DNA of 64,000 nt from NCBI GenBank assembly GCA_028821405.1, contig JAPPGK010000117.1, positions 7,398 through 71,397 on the forward strand, written 5' to 3'. The stretch comes from Gammaproteobacteria bacterium. GTDB taxonomy: Bacteria; Pseudomonadota; Gammaproteobacteria; Pseudomonadales; Azotimanducaceae. The position numbers were made by a program, and so were the translations under genes. Positions 9,144 through 18,869 of the stretch are shown here, piece by piece. The stretch's first letter is position 1. Every line of letters starts with the position of its first letter. A model generated the notes under the pieces. That model searched no databases. It saw nothing but the letters and a program-made list of their open reading frames with translations, and was not told where the DNA came from.

Positions 9144-11653
9144 ACCTCGTGCGGATCGACGCGCTGACGAGGGAGTTCCTGCAGGCGGGGCGCAGCCTGG
9201 CGCGTTCGCCTCGGTTCGCGATCATTGCCGTGCTGACCCTGGGCCTCGCGTGCAGTGCCGCCACAGCCGTCTACGCGGTTCTCAAGCAAGTGGTCCTCGA
9301 TGGCCTGCCGTATCCCGACGCCGAACGGCTGATGGTTCTGCGCACGGCGATGCCGAAGGTCGGGGACTTCGAGTGGCAGTTCTCCAAGGAGCAGTTGCTG
9401 TACCTCCGAGACAAAGCCCCCTCTTTGGAAAGCGTCGATGTCTATGCGACCGTGCCCATGCAGGTGGAAACGCCCGAGGGCGTACAGCGGATGGCGGTCA
9501 CCGTGGCCACCGCCGGGATGCATCGGTTGCTCGGCGCGAAGGCGAGCCTAGGCCGGACATTGCGGGCGGCCGACGAGCAACGCGACGCGCCGCCGGTGGT
9601 TTTCCTGACGCATGGATTCTGGCAGCGCCATTTCGGCGGCGACCCATCCGTCCTTGGCGACGTTCTCCGCATCGACCTCGGCACCTACCGCGAGCCGCTG
9701 AACATGGGGGACGAGTACTTCGAGATCGTTGGCATTCTCGACCCGGGGCCACCGCCTCCAGAGGGGTTCGCCGACAGCGCCGAACGCCCCGACATCTGGA
9801 TGGCCCATGGGCCATTGCCGGACTCCACCGGTCATTCGTGGCCGGCCATCGCCAAACGGCGGCCCGGCGTCGACCACGAACAGGTGCAGATCGAGCTCGA
9901 CAGCCTGATGGCCGGCCTTGCCGACGCGTTCCCCGACACCTACGACGAGTCGGGCCTCGAGCGTTCCGGCTACCGCACGCGAGCAACGCCGCTCAAGTCC
10001 CATGTCGTGGGATCCTTCGCCGCGAACCTATGGCTTGCCCAGGCCGCCGCGGGCCTTCTCCTGGTCGTAGCCTGGGTCAACACCGCGGGCCTGTTCCTCG
10101 TCCGTGGGGAGGCGCGCAACCGGGAGGTGGCGGTGCGGGCGGCGCTTGGCGCGGGGCGCGGGGCGACCTTCCGGCTCTTTCTGGCCGAGTGCTGTCTGAT
10201 CACGCTGACCGCCGGGGCGCTTGGCCTGCTGGGAGGCTACTGGTCAATACAATGGCTGGCACTGGCCTCGCCGAATCCAATCCCCCGCCTCGTCGATCAC
10301 GCCTTTGAAGGCGGCGTCCTGGGATTCGCGCTCGCCCTGTCGGCAGTCGCCGCCGTGGTAATCGCGGGAGCGCTGACGGTGCGGTTCCGAAGGATGGACA
10401 CACTGGCCGAGGCCGGACGTCGTGCCACCCCGAATGCCAACCTGCGTCGCGTGCAGGCCGGACTGGTCATCGCCCAAGTCGCGATGGCAACGGCGTTGAT
10501 CGCCGCGGCGGGGCTACTCCTTTCGACCTTTGCCACGTTGCGGAACACCGATCCGGGGTTTCGCCCCGACGGGGTCGTCCGAGTGGCCGTGACCACACAC
10601 CGGGACCTATTCGAACCGTGGTGGCCCTCGATCCGCGAGATCACCCGCGCCATCGAAGAGATTCCCGGCGTCTCGGTCGCGGGCGCGGCCTCGGGACTAC
10701 CGCTCACGGGCTTCTATGGGCACGACCCGTGTCCCGGACAACTCTTCGAAGCCGCCCACTACAAGCCGGACGACAAAGGAGGCAAGCGCTGCATCATGCA
10801 GGTCGTCGTCTCGCCCGGCTATTTCGACGCGCTCGGCATACCGCTGGTGTTGGGCCGCGCCTTCGAAACCGGCGATCTGGACGAGGCGACCACCGGCGCC
10901 GCCGTCGTCAGCCAAGCCGTGGCCGAGGCGGTCTGGCCCGGCGAGAACCCGCTCGGAAAGGGCATTGCGCCGCCCCGCTCGCCGGCTGGCACCTGGTACC
11001 GGATCGTCGGCGTCGTCGGCGATGTGCAAGCCTACTCCGTGCGGGACGAGCCTGTGCTGGCGGTCTACTATCCACTGGCACCGGTCCCGGGCACGTCGGG
11101 CGGCTACCACGCTGACCTGGACATCGTCGTGCGCACCGGCTTCGACGACCCGACGGTGCTCATTGGCGACATCCGTCGTGCCGTCGAGAACGTCGACTCA
11201 ACACTGTTCGTCGACAATGGCGAGGCGGTAACCGCCATCGTGCACCGCTCGATGGGTCAGGTCGCCTTCGTATTGGTATTGCTCACAGCCGCATCCGGGG
11301 GCGCGTTGGTCCTCGCCGTGGTGGGGATCTACGCCACGGTTACCTGGACGACGGCCCGACGGACGAACGAGATCGGGGTTCGCATGGCGCTCGGCGCCCG
11401 GCGCGGGCGGCTACAGCGCATGGTCGTGGTCGGTGCAATGAAGCCCGTCGTCGTGGGACTAGCCATCGGGATTCCGGCCGGCATGACCGGGGCGCAAGCG
11501 GTACGCAGTCTGTTGTTCGGCGTAACGCCCACCAGTCCGCTGGTGCATGGCTTGGCAGTCGCCGCGCTTCTCGCGGCCGCCTGCGGCGCCAGTTGGCTAG
11601 CGGCGCGGCGGGCAACCCGGATCTCGCCGATGGACGCGTTGCGCCTGGAGTAG
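9140..11653 (+). CDS. ADOP-type duplicated FtsX/MacB-like ABC permease (two periplasmic core + FtsX repeats)
   Basis: GTG at 9140 overlaps the NBD stop (GTGA). N-terminus RSLARSPRFAIIAVLTLGLACSAATAVYAVLKQVVLDGLPYPDAERLMVL is typical of the ADOP family. Two FtsX modules, each ending in ...AARRATRISPMDALRLE-type tails. The track ORF 8591..11653 over-extends 5'. Confidence 0.85.
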   Translation: MNLVRIDALTREFLQAGRSLARSPRFAIIAVLTLGLACSAATAVYAVLKQVVLDGLPYPDAERLMVLRTAMPKVGDFEWQFSKEQLLYLRDKAPSLESVDVYATVPMQVETPEGVQRMAVTVATAGMHRLLGAKASLGRTLRAADEQRDAPPVVFLTHGFWQRHFGGDPSVLGDVLRIDLGTYREPLNMGDEYFEIVGILDPGPPPPEGFADSAERPDIWMAHGPLPDSTGHSWPAIAKRRPGVDHEQVQIELDSLMAGLADAFPDTYDESGLERSGYRTRATPLKSHVVGSFAANLWLAQAAAGLLLVVAWVNTAGLFLVRGEARNREVAVRAALGAGRGATFRLFLAECCLITLTAGALGLLGGYWSIQWLALASPNPIPRLVDHAFEGGVLGFALALSAVAAVVIAGALTVRFRRMDTLAEAGRRATPNANLRRVQAGLVIAQVAMATALIAAAGLLLSTFATLRNTDPGFRPDGVVRVAVTTHRDLFEPWWPSIREITRAIEEIPGVSVAGAASGLPLTGFYGHDPCPGQLFEAAHYKPDDKGGKRCIMQVVVSPGYFDALGIPLVLGRAFETGDLDEATTGAAVVSQAVAEAVWPGENPLGKGIAPPRSPAGTWYRIVGVVGDVQAYSVRDEPVLAVYYPLAPVPGTSGGYHADLDIVVRTGFDDPTVLIGDIRRAVENVDSTLFVDNGEAVTAIVHRSMGQVAFVLVLLTAASGGALVLAVVGIYATVTWTTARRTNEIGVRMALGARRGRLQRMVVVGAMKPVVVGLAIGIPAGMTGAQAVRSLLFGVTPTSPLVHGLAVAALLAAACGASWLAARRATRISPMDALRLE

Positions 11654-11656
11654 CTC

Positions 11657-14143
11657 ATGCGCATGATCCTCGACTTGAAGCAGGCGTCGCGAAGCTTGCG
11701 GCGGACGCCGGGCTTCACGGTGCTCGCGGCGCTCTGCATGAGTATCGGTCTCGGCGCCACCGCCGCCGTGTTCACCGTCGTCAAGCAGGTGCTGCTGGAT
11801 CCACTGGGCTACCCGGACGCCGATCGGCTCGTGGTCCTGCGCAGCGCGGTTCCCAAGTCCGGAATGGGCAGCGAGTGGGGATTCGCGTCCGCCCAGTACT
11901 TCCACCTGGGAGACAATGCCAAGTCCCTCGCCGACATCGGGGCTTCCCAGGACTTCCGGGCAAGCGTTGCCACGCCCGATGGGCTCACGGGTGCCCGGGT
12001 CACCCAGGCCACCGCCGGAATACACCGCCTGATCGGCGCGCAGGCCGTGCTCGGCCGGGTCTTTGAAGAGGCCGACGACGACCCCGGCGCCCGGCGGGTC
12101 GCCGTGCTCTCCTACGGGTACTGGCAGGACCGCTTCGGCGGCGATCCCGAAGTCGTGGGCAAAACCATCCGGTTCGATCCCGGCATCGTCGGCCGGGCCT
12201 TGACGGCGGAGGAACTGGCACAAATCGAGCACCGAATCGTCGGTGTCCTCGCGCCCGGAACAGGCATGTTCGACGTGGACCTGTGGATCCCATGGATTCT
12301 CGACCGGGCCGGCCCCCACTACAACCAACATGGGATGTTCGTGATGGCGAAGCTCGCAGACGGGGTCGGCATCGACGCGGCCCGCACCGAGCTCACGGGC
12401 TTGACGGCTCAATTGGTCGATGCCTATCCCGAGGTCTATTCACGGGGTTTCATCGAGCAGTTCGGGTTCCGCACGGTGGTTCACGACGCCAAGCGCTACC
12501 GGGTCGGGGCCTTTGCCGACCACCTTTGGCTGCTGCAGGCGGGTGCCGTGTTGTTGCTGATCGTCGCCTGGGGCGATGTGGCCAACCTGCTTCTGGCCCG
12601 GGCCGAAACCAGCCGCCGGGATCTCGCCGTGCGCACGGCGCTCGGGGCCGGGTGGCGCGACGCGGCCCGTCACCATGCTGCGCTAGGCCTGCTGCTGACA
12701 GTCCCGGCCGCCGCGCTGGGCGCGTTGATCGCGTGGGGGGCCATCAACTACCTTGTCGCCACGGCGCCTCTGCCGCTGCCCCGACTCGACGAGGTGGCGC
12801 TCGACGGCGGCGTATTTGCATTCCTTGCCGCCGTCTCCGCCATCGCCGCCGCAGGCTTGGCGGCGTTGCCGGCCTCGCGCGTGCGCCACTTCGGGCTTGA
12901 CTTGGCGGAGGCCGGGCGAGGCGCCACACACAGTCGCGAACGAACCCGGGTGCGCGCCGGGATGGTCGTCGGACAAGTCGCCCTAACGCTTGTGCTCATG
13001 GTCCTCGCCGGAGGGCTCGTCGAGAGCTTCCGGTCGCTGCGCAACGTCGATCCGGGTATCGATGCCGAGGCGGTGGTCAGTGTGGCCGTGACCCCGAACG
13101 CCTCCCATACGGACATCGCCACATGGTGGGCACTCGTCCGGGATACGCAGGACAGGCTCGAGTCGCTGCCCGGCGTCACGGCCGTTGGCGCGTCCTCGGC
13201 GGTGCCCCTCAATTGGTTCCCGGGCTGCGCGGCACAACAGTTCGACGATCCGGCCGTGTATGAACGCGTCGGCGCCTCCGACTTCACGACCTGCGCTTCG
13301 GTGCTGCTCACAACGCCCGGTTGGTTCCGAACGTTGGGAATCCCGATCATCGAGGGCCGTGGCTTCGAGATGGCGGACCTCACCGACCCCGGGCGCGGCG
13401 TTGTCGTCGTCAGCCGATCATTCGCCGACCGGTTCTGGCCCAACGAGAACGCCATCGGCAAACGCATTTCGGCATACGGCGGCCCTTGGTACACGATCGT
13501 CGGCGTGGTCGGCGACGTCTACGGCAAGTCCGTCGACGAACCGCCGGCGATCGCCGCCTACTACCCGCTGAACCCCGTTCCCGGCTCCCGCTGGCCGCAC
13601 TACGGCGTGGCGATGGCGGTGCGGACCGGGCTTGAAGATCCTGCCGCCATCCTGCCCGCTGTGCTCCGGGAATTCGAACACGTCGATCCGACGATGCAGG
13701 TCGAGGCCATGCCCACGCTGGCCGACATCGTGGGCCGCTCGATGGCGCCCGCGAGTTTCGCCTCCACAATGTTCATCGCGGTGGCGATCGGTGCGCTGGT
13801 GCTCGCCCTTGCCGGGCTCTATGGCGTGGTCTCCCACGTGGCTGCACGACGCACTACCGAGATCGGCGTACGCATGGCGCTGGGTGCTCGGCCGGACCAA
13901 GTCCGACGCATGGTGGTAGCGGGTGGGCTCAAGCCCGTCGTCCTAGGGGTCGTCTTGGGTGTCCCTATTGGCGTCATTGCTGCCGGAATGCTGCGCGGCT
14001 TGCTGTTCGGCGTCACCCCGGTGAGCCCCGCGGTCCATGTCACGGCGGCGGTATTGCTAGTGGCCGCAGGCACCTTGGCGACCTGGATAGCCGCGCGACG
14101 GGCGACGGCCATCCAGCCGCTCGCCGCCTTGCGGGTGGAGTAG
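11657..14143 (+). CDS. ADOP-type duplicated FtsX/MacB-like ABC permease, paralog 2
   Basis: 828 aa. SRSLRRTPGFTVLAALCMSIGLGATAAVFTVVKQVLLDPLGYPDADRLVVL. Second repeat ends TEIGVRMALGARPDQVRRMVV...ARRATAIQPLAALRVE. Confidence 0.88.
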   Translation: MRMILDLKQASRSLRRTPGFTVLAALCMSIGLGATAAVFTVVKQVLLDPLGYPDADRLVVLRSAVPKSGMGSEWGFASAQYFHLGDNAKSLADIGASQDFRASVATPDGLTGARVTQATAGIHRLIGAQAVLGRVFEEADDDPGARRVAVLSYGYWQDRFGGDPEVVGKTIRFDPGIVGRALTAEELAQIEHRIVGVLAPGTGMFDVDLWIPWILDRAGPHYNQHGMFVMAKLADGVGIDAARTELTGLTAQLVDAYPEVYSRGFIEQFGFRTVVHDAKRYRVGAFADHLWLLQAGAVLLLIVAWGDVANLLLARAETSRRDLAVRTALGAGWRDAARHHAALGLLLTVPAAALGALIAWGAINYLVATAPLPLPRLDEVALDGGVFAFLAAVSAIAAAGLAALPASRVRHFGLDLAEAGRGATHSRERTRVRAGMVVGQVALTLVLMVLAGGLVESFRSLRNVDPGIDAEAVVSVAVTPNASHTDIATWWALVRDTQDRLESLPGVTAVGASSAVPLNWFPGCAAQQFDDPAVYERVGASDFTTCASVLLTTPGWFRTLGIPIIEGRGFEMADLTDPGRGVVVVSRSFADRFWPNENAIGKRISAYGGPWYTIVGVVGDVYGKSVDEPPAIAAYYPLNPVPGSRWPHYGVAMAVRTGLEDPAAILPAVLREFEHVDPTMQVEAMPTLADIVGRSMAPASFASTMFIAVAIGALVLALAGLYGVVSHVAARRTTEIGVRMALGARPDQVRRMVVAGGLKPVVLGVVLGVPIGVIAAGMLRGLLFGVTPVSPAVHVTAAVLLVAAGTLATWIAARRATAIQPLAALRVE

Positions 14144-14337
14144 GAGGGAGTCATGCGGTCGCCTGCATCGAACTCGCAATCGATTGATTCGCATGGCCGG
14201 AATCCGATTCGGGTCGGTACCGGGGACCTCTGAACCCAAGCTGGAACGGAACGTCACCTCGTGCCGGTGGGTCTCGAGGCCGGAGCGGGAACCCTTCGAG
14301 CCGCAGTCCAAACCCCCCAACGTCGTACACTGCCGTT

Positions 14338-16317
14338 CTATGTCGTCGCCAGGGCCGCGACCGGATCGAGGCGCGATGCCCGGCGAGCGGGAACGATGCC
14401 GAATACGAGCCCGGTGGCGATTCCGCAGGCCAAGGCCACAGGCACGAACCAGGGGGCCAATGCCACCGGAGCATCGGCCAGCCAGACCAGGAAGGGTGTC
14501 GTCGCGAGACCCAGGAGGGTGCCAGCCCCGCCTCCGAGTGTGGTAGGCACGGCCGTCTCCGCGAGGAACTGTAGGGTGATGTCGCGCCGGCGGGCGCCCA
14601 CCGCCATCCGAATGCCGATCTCGCGCGTACGCTGGCTCACTGCGGCGAGGGTCACGCCCATGACCGCAAGACCGCCGGCCAGGAGCGAGACCCCTGCGAG
14701 GGCGCCGAGAATCGTCGCATGCAGATTCGAAAGCTCCATGTGGGCGGCCAGTTGCTCGGCGCGGTTCGTCAACGTATAGCCCTCGCGATCGTGCCGGCGA
14801 TTCATGAGATCGCGAACGTCCGCCGCCGTTTCGTCGATCCGCGACACGTCGTCAACGAATACCTGGATGAAGTTCAACTGGTCCGTGCCGTAGAGCACTT
14901 CGGCCCCGGTTCGGAACGGGATGAACACCACGGTTTCCTGCCACACCAGGCCTGACTCCGTGGTCGCAAACGCGACGCCCTCGCCTTCGCGGCCGGGGTG
15001 GGGGCCCAACACCCCCTTGACTTCGAAAGGCGTCCCATCCAGGAAGATCGTCGTGCCCAGGGCGTTCGCGTCCGTTCCGATCAGGCGGTCGCGTATCGGG
15101 CGTCCGATCACCGCGACCTGCGCGAGGCTGTCGTTGTCGCCCTCGGTAGGAAACGTACCTTGTTCGAGCGGCCACAATACGTTGTCGGTGGTCCGGGGTT
15201 CGGTGTGGATGACCGCCCTTACCATCACGTCGTCGATGCCTTGGCTGCCCGCGTTCACAGCGCTCCTTCGGTTCAGCACCGGTACGACGGACTGCACGTT
15301 GGCCACCTGTTCCGCGATGGCATGCGCGTCGGCCAAGGTCTGCGGAAACAACACGAACCGTTGTCCCGAAAACTCGTAGCCTCCCACGTTGAGCCGGTTC
15401 GCTCCCATTCGCTCGAGGATGCCCGCCGCATCGCGGTGGGCACCCTCCGCCAAGCCGAGCAGGGCCACGACGGACCACACCCCGACTGCGACGCTTGCAA
15501 CCGTCAGCGCGGCTGCCAGCCGGTGTGAGCGCATCCAGGTCCAACCGCCGCGCACGGCGGCCAGCCAAGGCATGGCACCGGGTTGTCCCACTCTTCCCGC
15601 AACGGATCCTTCCGACGCCTTCCCGGTACCGTCGTCCGAAACAACGCGCCCGTCGGCAAGTTCGATCCGACGCCGGGCCCGGGCCGCGACGGCAGCGTCG
15701 TGGGAGACCACGATGATCGCGTGGCCACGGTCGGCAAGTCGTTCGAGCAGGCCGAGAATCTTGTCTCGCTGGGCCGTGTCGACGGCGCCGGTCGGCTCGT
15801 CGGCCAGTATGACCTGGGCCCCGTTCATCAACGCGCGACCAATGGTGACGCGCTGCTGCTCCCCGCCCGACAACTCCGCAGGACGGTGGTCGACCCGGTC
15901 GCCAAGTCCGATGGCGCGCAGTATCTCGGCGGCGCGTCGCCGGCGTTGACGCCGGGGTTCGCCCGTATACGTTGCCGGCATTTCGACATTGTCACGCGCG
16001 GTGGCGGACTCGAGCAGATTGTAGTTCTGGAACACAAAACCGAAGGTCTCCCGCCGGCGCCGGGCCAGGTCGTCGGCACCCAAGGCGGTGACGTCCTCAC
16101 CCGCGACGCGATAGGCACCCGACGTCGGCTGGTCCAAGCAGCCGAGGATGTGCAGAAGCGTCGACTTGCCCGAACCCGATGGTCCTATGACGCAGACGAA
16201 CTCGCCGGCGTCGACCTCCAAGGTGACGTCCGCGAGGGCTTCGATCGCCGCCTCGCCGTCGTCGCCGTCGTCAAAGGCTCTCGACACCCCCTCGAGTTGC
16301 AAAAGCGCCGTGCTCAT
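14338..16317 (-). CDS. macB: MacB-type fused ABC ATPase-permease (NBD + periplasmic core domain + FtsX)
   Basis: GPSGSGKSTLL, LSGGEQQRVTIGRA and ILADEPTGAVD are followed by 4 TM with a large periplasmic loop (VAVIGRPIRDRLIG...FEVKGVLGPHP) and TREIGIRMAVGARRRDI. Start taken at ATG 16317 (MSTALLQLEGV). The track ORF extends to 16365. Confidence 0.9.
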   Translation of the reverse strand: MSTALLQLEGVSRAFDDGDDGEAAIEALADVTLEVDAGEFVCVIGPSGSGKSTLLHILGCLDQPTSGAYRVAGEDVTALGADDLARRRRETFGFVFQNYNLLESATARDNVEMPATYTGEPRRQRRRRAAEILRAIGLGDRVDHRPAELSGGEQQRVTIGRALMNGAQVILADEPTGAVDTAQRDKILGLLERLADRGHAIIVVSHDAAVAARARRRIELADGRVVSDDGTGKASEGSVAGRVGQPGAMPWLAAVRGGWTWMRSHRLAAALTVASVAVGVWSVVALLGLAEGAHRDAAGILERMGANRLNVGGYEFSGQRFVLFPQTLADAHAIAEQVANVQSVVPVLNRRSAVNAGSQGIDDVMVRAVIHTEPRTTDNVLWPLEQGTFPTEGDNDSLAQVAVIGRPIRDRLIGTDANALGTTIFLDGTPFEVKGVLGPHPGREGEGVAFATTESGLVWQETVVFIPFRTGAEVLYGTDQLNFIQVFVDDVSRIDETAADVRDLMNRRHDREGYTLTNRAEQLAAHMELSNLHATILGALAGVSLLAGGLAVMGVTLAAVSQRTREIGIRMAVGARRRDITLQFLAETAVPTTLGGGAGTLLGLATTPFLVWLADAPVALAPWFVPVALACGIATGLVFGIVPARRASRLDPVAALATT

Positions 16318-16513
16318 CGTTGGTCCCGCTTCACGAGAAGCCCCTCGGGGATGACCATTTATCACGACACCGTAACAATTCCAAGGTTGCCACGATAACC
16401 CGACTCACGAGCCACCACTCGCCGTCCTGCCGTGCAGCCGCCTGCCTCCACGCTCGGCTAGCGTTGGCGCGCGCGCCCGGCGCGGATGGCCACCCGGCCG
16501 CTTGCTACAGCTC

Positions 16514-17620
16514 CTAGGCAACCTGAAGACTCTGGGCGATTGACTTCCTGGCGACTCGACGCGCGGGCAACAAGGCGCCGATCAACCCGATCGCGCAGGC
16601 CCAGGCGATTCCAACGACAACGTGCTCGCCAGCGACGTCCAGACGCAACGTGAGATGGTTGGCGCTTGCGCCGGGGCCGAGGTACTGCGCGGCGGCGAAA
16701 ATGTTCCCGTCGGCGACGACCCAGGCGGTCAACGCCCCGAGGCACGCGCCAATGATCGCCAGCAACGTCGACTCTGCGAGAACGGAGACCATGATCGGGA
16801 TCGTCCCGAACCCGATGGCACGCAATGTCGCGACCTCCCGGGCTCGCGCATCCACGATCGAATAGGTCATGTTCAGGGCGCCGCATGTGGCGCCAAGCGC
16901 CATGATCGTGCCGACGACGTAGGCGATGATGAAGGCGAGCCGTGACATGGTCTCCGACTGACCTTCGTAGTAGTCGGACTCGCGCTCCGCCTTGAGGTTG
17001 GCGCCCCGGATAGCGGCGAGGGCGTCTCGAAATGCATCGAAGTCGTGGGCAGAGGAAAGCTGGACGGTCGCGGAACTGAATTCGTTTCGACCGATTCCCG
17101 CCATCAGCGTCGGACCATCCGCGAGCAGTTCCGACTCGTGCGCGTCGCCGCCGCTCTCGAAAACGCCGACGATTCGCCAGTCGACGGCGTTGACCGTCAG
17201 ATGGGCGCCCACCGTGACAGACGGCGCCGACCGCTGGACGAGGCGCCCGACCATCAGTTCGTGCTTGCCCTGGGCCACCCTCCTGCCCTCGACGACCGTC
17301 AGATTGGGCCGTAGTTCGAACCCCATCGCCGTAACTCCGCGCACCAGAACCAGACCGGGCACGTCCTCTAGCATGACGTTGACGAGCACTTCCGGCGATA
17401 CGGCGACTTCCCCGCCTTGACGCGCGACATACGGGAGATCCCGCAATCTCAAGACATCGTCCCGGCCGATCGAACTGAGCGATTCGACCACGGCGCCGTT
17501 CCTGAGCACCAGCGCTCGGTCGGGGTGCCCCGTCGTTCGGATGGCATCGGTCAAGCTGGTCGCGAGGGCGAGGCCCGTGACGAGGACCAGGACCACGCAA
17601 CCGATGCCGAGGGCAACCAC
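16514..17620 (-). CDS. FtsX/MacB-like ABC permease (no NBD); conserved coding continues upstream to the TAG at 17696..17698
   Basis: 368 aa from GTG. TM1, then a periplasmic domain, then 3 TM with REVATLRAIGFG...ARRVARKSIAQSLQVA. The 25 codons upstream (RTLVEILHITLVGLRGIPHRLGEST) look like the normal FtsX N-terminus. Confidence 0.8.
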   Translation of the reverse strand: MVALGIGCVVLVLVTGLALATSLTDAIRTTGHPDRALVLRNGAVVESLSSIGRDDVLRLRDLPYVARQGGEVAVSPEVLVNVMLEDVPGLVLVRGVTAMGFELRPNLTVVEGRRVAQGKHELMVGRLVQRSAPSVTVGAHLTVNAVDWRIVGVFESGGDAHESELLADGPTLMAGIGRNEFSSATVQLSSAHDFDAFRDALAAIRGANLKAERESDYYEGQSETMSRLAFIIAYVVGTIMALGATCGALNMTYSIVDARAREVATLRAIGFGTIPIMVSVLAESTLLAIIGACLGALTAWVVADGNIFAAAQYLGPGASANHLTLRLDVAGEHVVVGIAWACAIGLIGALLPARRVARKSIAQSLQVA

Positions 17621-17695
17621 GGTGGATTCGCCGAGCCTGTGCGGAATGCCCCGCAGCCCGACCAGCGTGATATGCAGTATCTCGACCAGGGTCCG

Positions 17696-18856
17696 CTATC
17701 TCCCGGCGATGGCCTGCGTCACCGACAGTCTTCGAAGGTGGATGATCGGCCACAGGGAGATCAGGCCGGACAAGCCGATTGCGAATGCAAGACCGCTCGC
17801 GTACACGCCGAGGGGCAAGGGCAGTACCGGGCCGCCGACGAACTCGTAGATCACCGGTAGCGAGAGTGCGCCAACGACCAGTCCCACGGCCGCACCGCCG
17901 AGGCAGACGGGGGACGACTCGGCAAGGATCGTCATCGCGATCGCGCCGTCCCCGAAACCCATGGCTTTCAGGATGCCGAATTCCGGTGTGCGCGCCTTGG
18001 CGGCCTGGACCATCATCGTGCCGGTCAGGAACAGCAGCGAGAAGAACACGGCCCCGACGACCAGCTCGACAAACAGACGGAGATCTTCGATCTGGCTGAG
18101 CTGCGAGGAGACCCATTGCTTCTCGCTCAGCGTGCGGGTCTGGTGCGGCGAGTTGCTGAACAGTTCGTCGATGGCGCTCGCCACCGTGGCAGCCCGCGTC
18201 GGATCGTCCAGGGCGACGATGAAATGCTGCACGGTATCCTTCTGGGCCGTTCGGGACTCGTTCAAGTACCTGTAGTCGAAGAACAGACCGTCCGCGTAGA
18301 GCTTGTCGTCGTCGGGGCCGCTGTTGGCGATGGCGAGCACCTCGAACGTCCAGGTTTCGTTGCTTTGGTTGTTGATCCAGAAGGCCGACTTGATTGGAAC
18401 GCGATCCCCCAGCCGCCAGCCAAACCGGTTCGCGGTCGAACTTCCCACGACCGCGCCGCTTCTGGAGGCCAGTACACGATCGAGCTGATCCGGCGGCACC
18501 CTCATCTCCGCAATCACATCCAGGAACTCCACGAGGTCGACGCCGGCGGAACTCACCGGCTGGTTCAGATCTTGGTAGTACCCTCCCAACAAGGTCGCGT
18601 GGGTGACTTTCCGAACGTTCTCCACCGTCGACAACCGAGCCCCGTATGCGATTGGCAGCGGCTCGAGCGGCCCGGTTCGATTCAGAACCCGGAGTCTTGT
18701 GTCGCCAAGTCGATCGAGTGCCCCATCGAACCCGGAGACGACGCCATTGAGAACCGCATAGAGCACGAACGCCGCGAAGGTGGCGAACAGCGTTAGAGCC
18801 CACCGCAGCGGGCGCCGGAACGTATTGCCGACGGCAAGCCTAACGGGGACGGACAG
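17696..18856 (-). CDS. FtsX/MacB-like ABC permease (no NBD), probable non-canonical CTG start
   Basis: The track ORF starts at GTG 18766, inside TM1. The upstream in-frame sequence LSVPVRLAVGNTFRRPLRWALTLFATFAAF is the canonical FtsX N-terminus. AAGGAGG at 18868..18862 lies 5 nt before CTG 18856. An in-frame TAG sits just upstream. Confidence 0.75.
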   Translation of the reverse strand: MSVPVRLAVGNTFRRPLRWALTLFATFAAFVLYAVLNGVVSGFDGALDRLGDTRLRVLNRTGPLEPLPIAYGARLSTVENVRKVTHATLLGGYYQDLNQPVSSAGVDLVEFLDVIAEMRVPPDQLDRVLASRSGAVVGSSTANRFGWRLGDRVPIKSAFWINNQSNETWTFEVLAIANSGPDDDKLYADGLFFDYRYLNESRTAQKDTVQHFIVALDDPTRAATVASAIDELFSNSPHQTRTLSEKQWVSSQLSQIEDLRLFVELVVGAVFFSLLFLTGTMMVQAAKARTPEFGILKAMGFGDGAIAMTILAESSPVCLGGAAVGLVVGALSLPVIYEFVGGPVLPLPLGVYASGLAFAIGLSGLISLWPIIHLRRLSVTQAIAGR

Positions 18857-18869
18857 GCCAGCCTCCTTT

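Noticed and set aside
14144-14337. 194-bp gap between convergent ADOP and MacB genes, examined for an sRNA or bidirectional terminator.
   Set aside because: Only weak, imperfect hairpins (for example CTCGAGG...CCTTCGAG) without U-tracts. No supportable call.
17696-17698. In-frame TAG as a pyrrolysine codon.
   Set aside because: No pylTSBCD genes or PYLIS-like context are visible in the window, and the taxon looks like a typical Gram-negative aerobe. Read-through, pseudogene or separate CTG starts are more parsimonious, so it is reported as an open anomaly instead.
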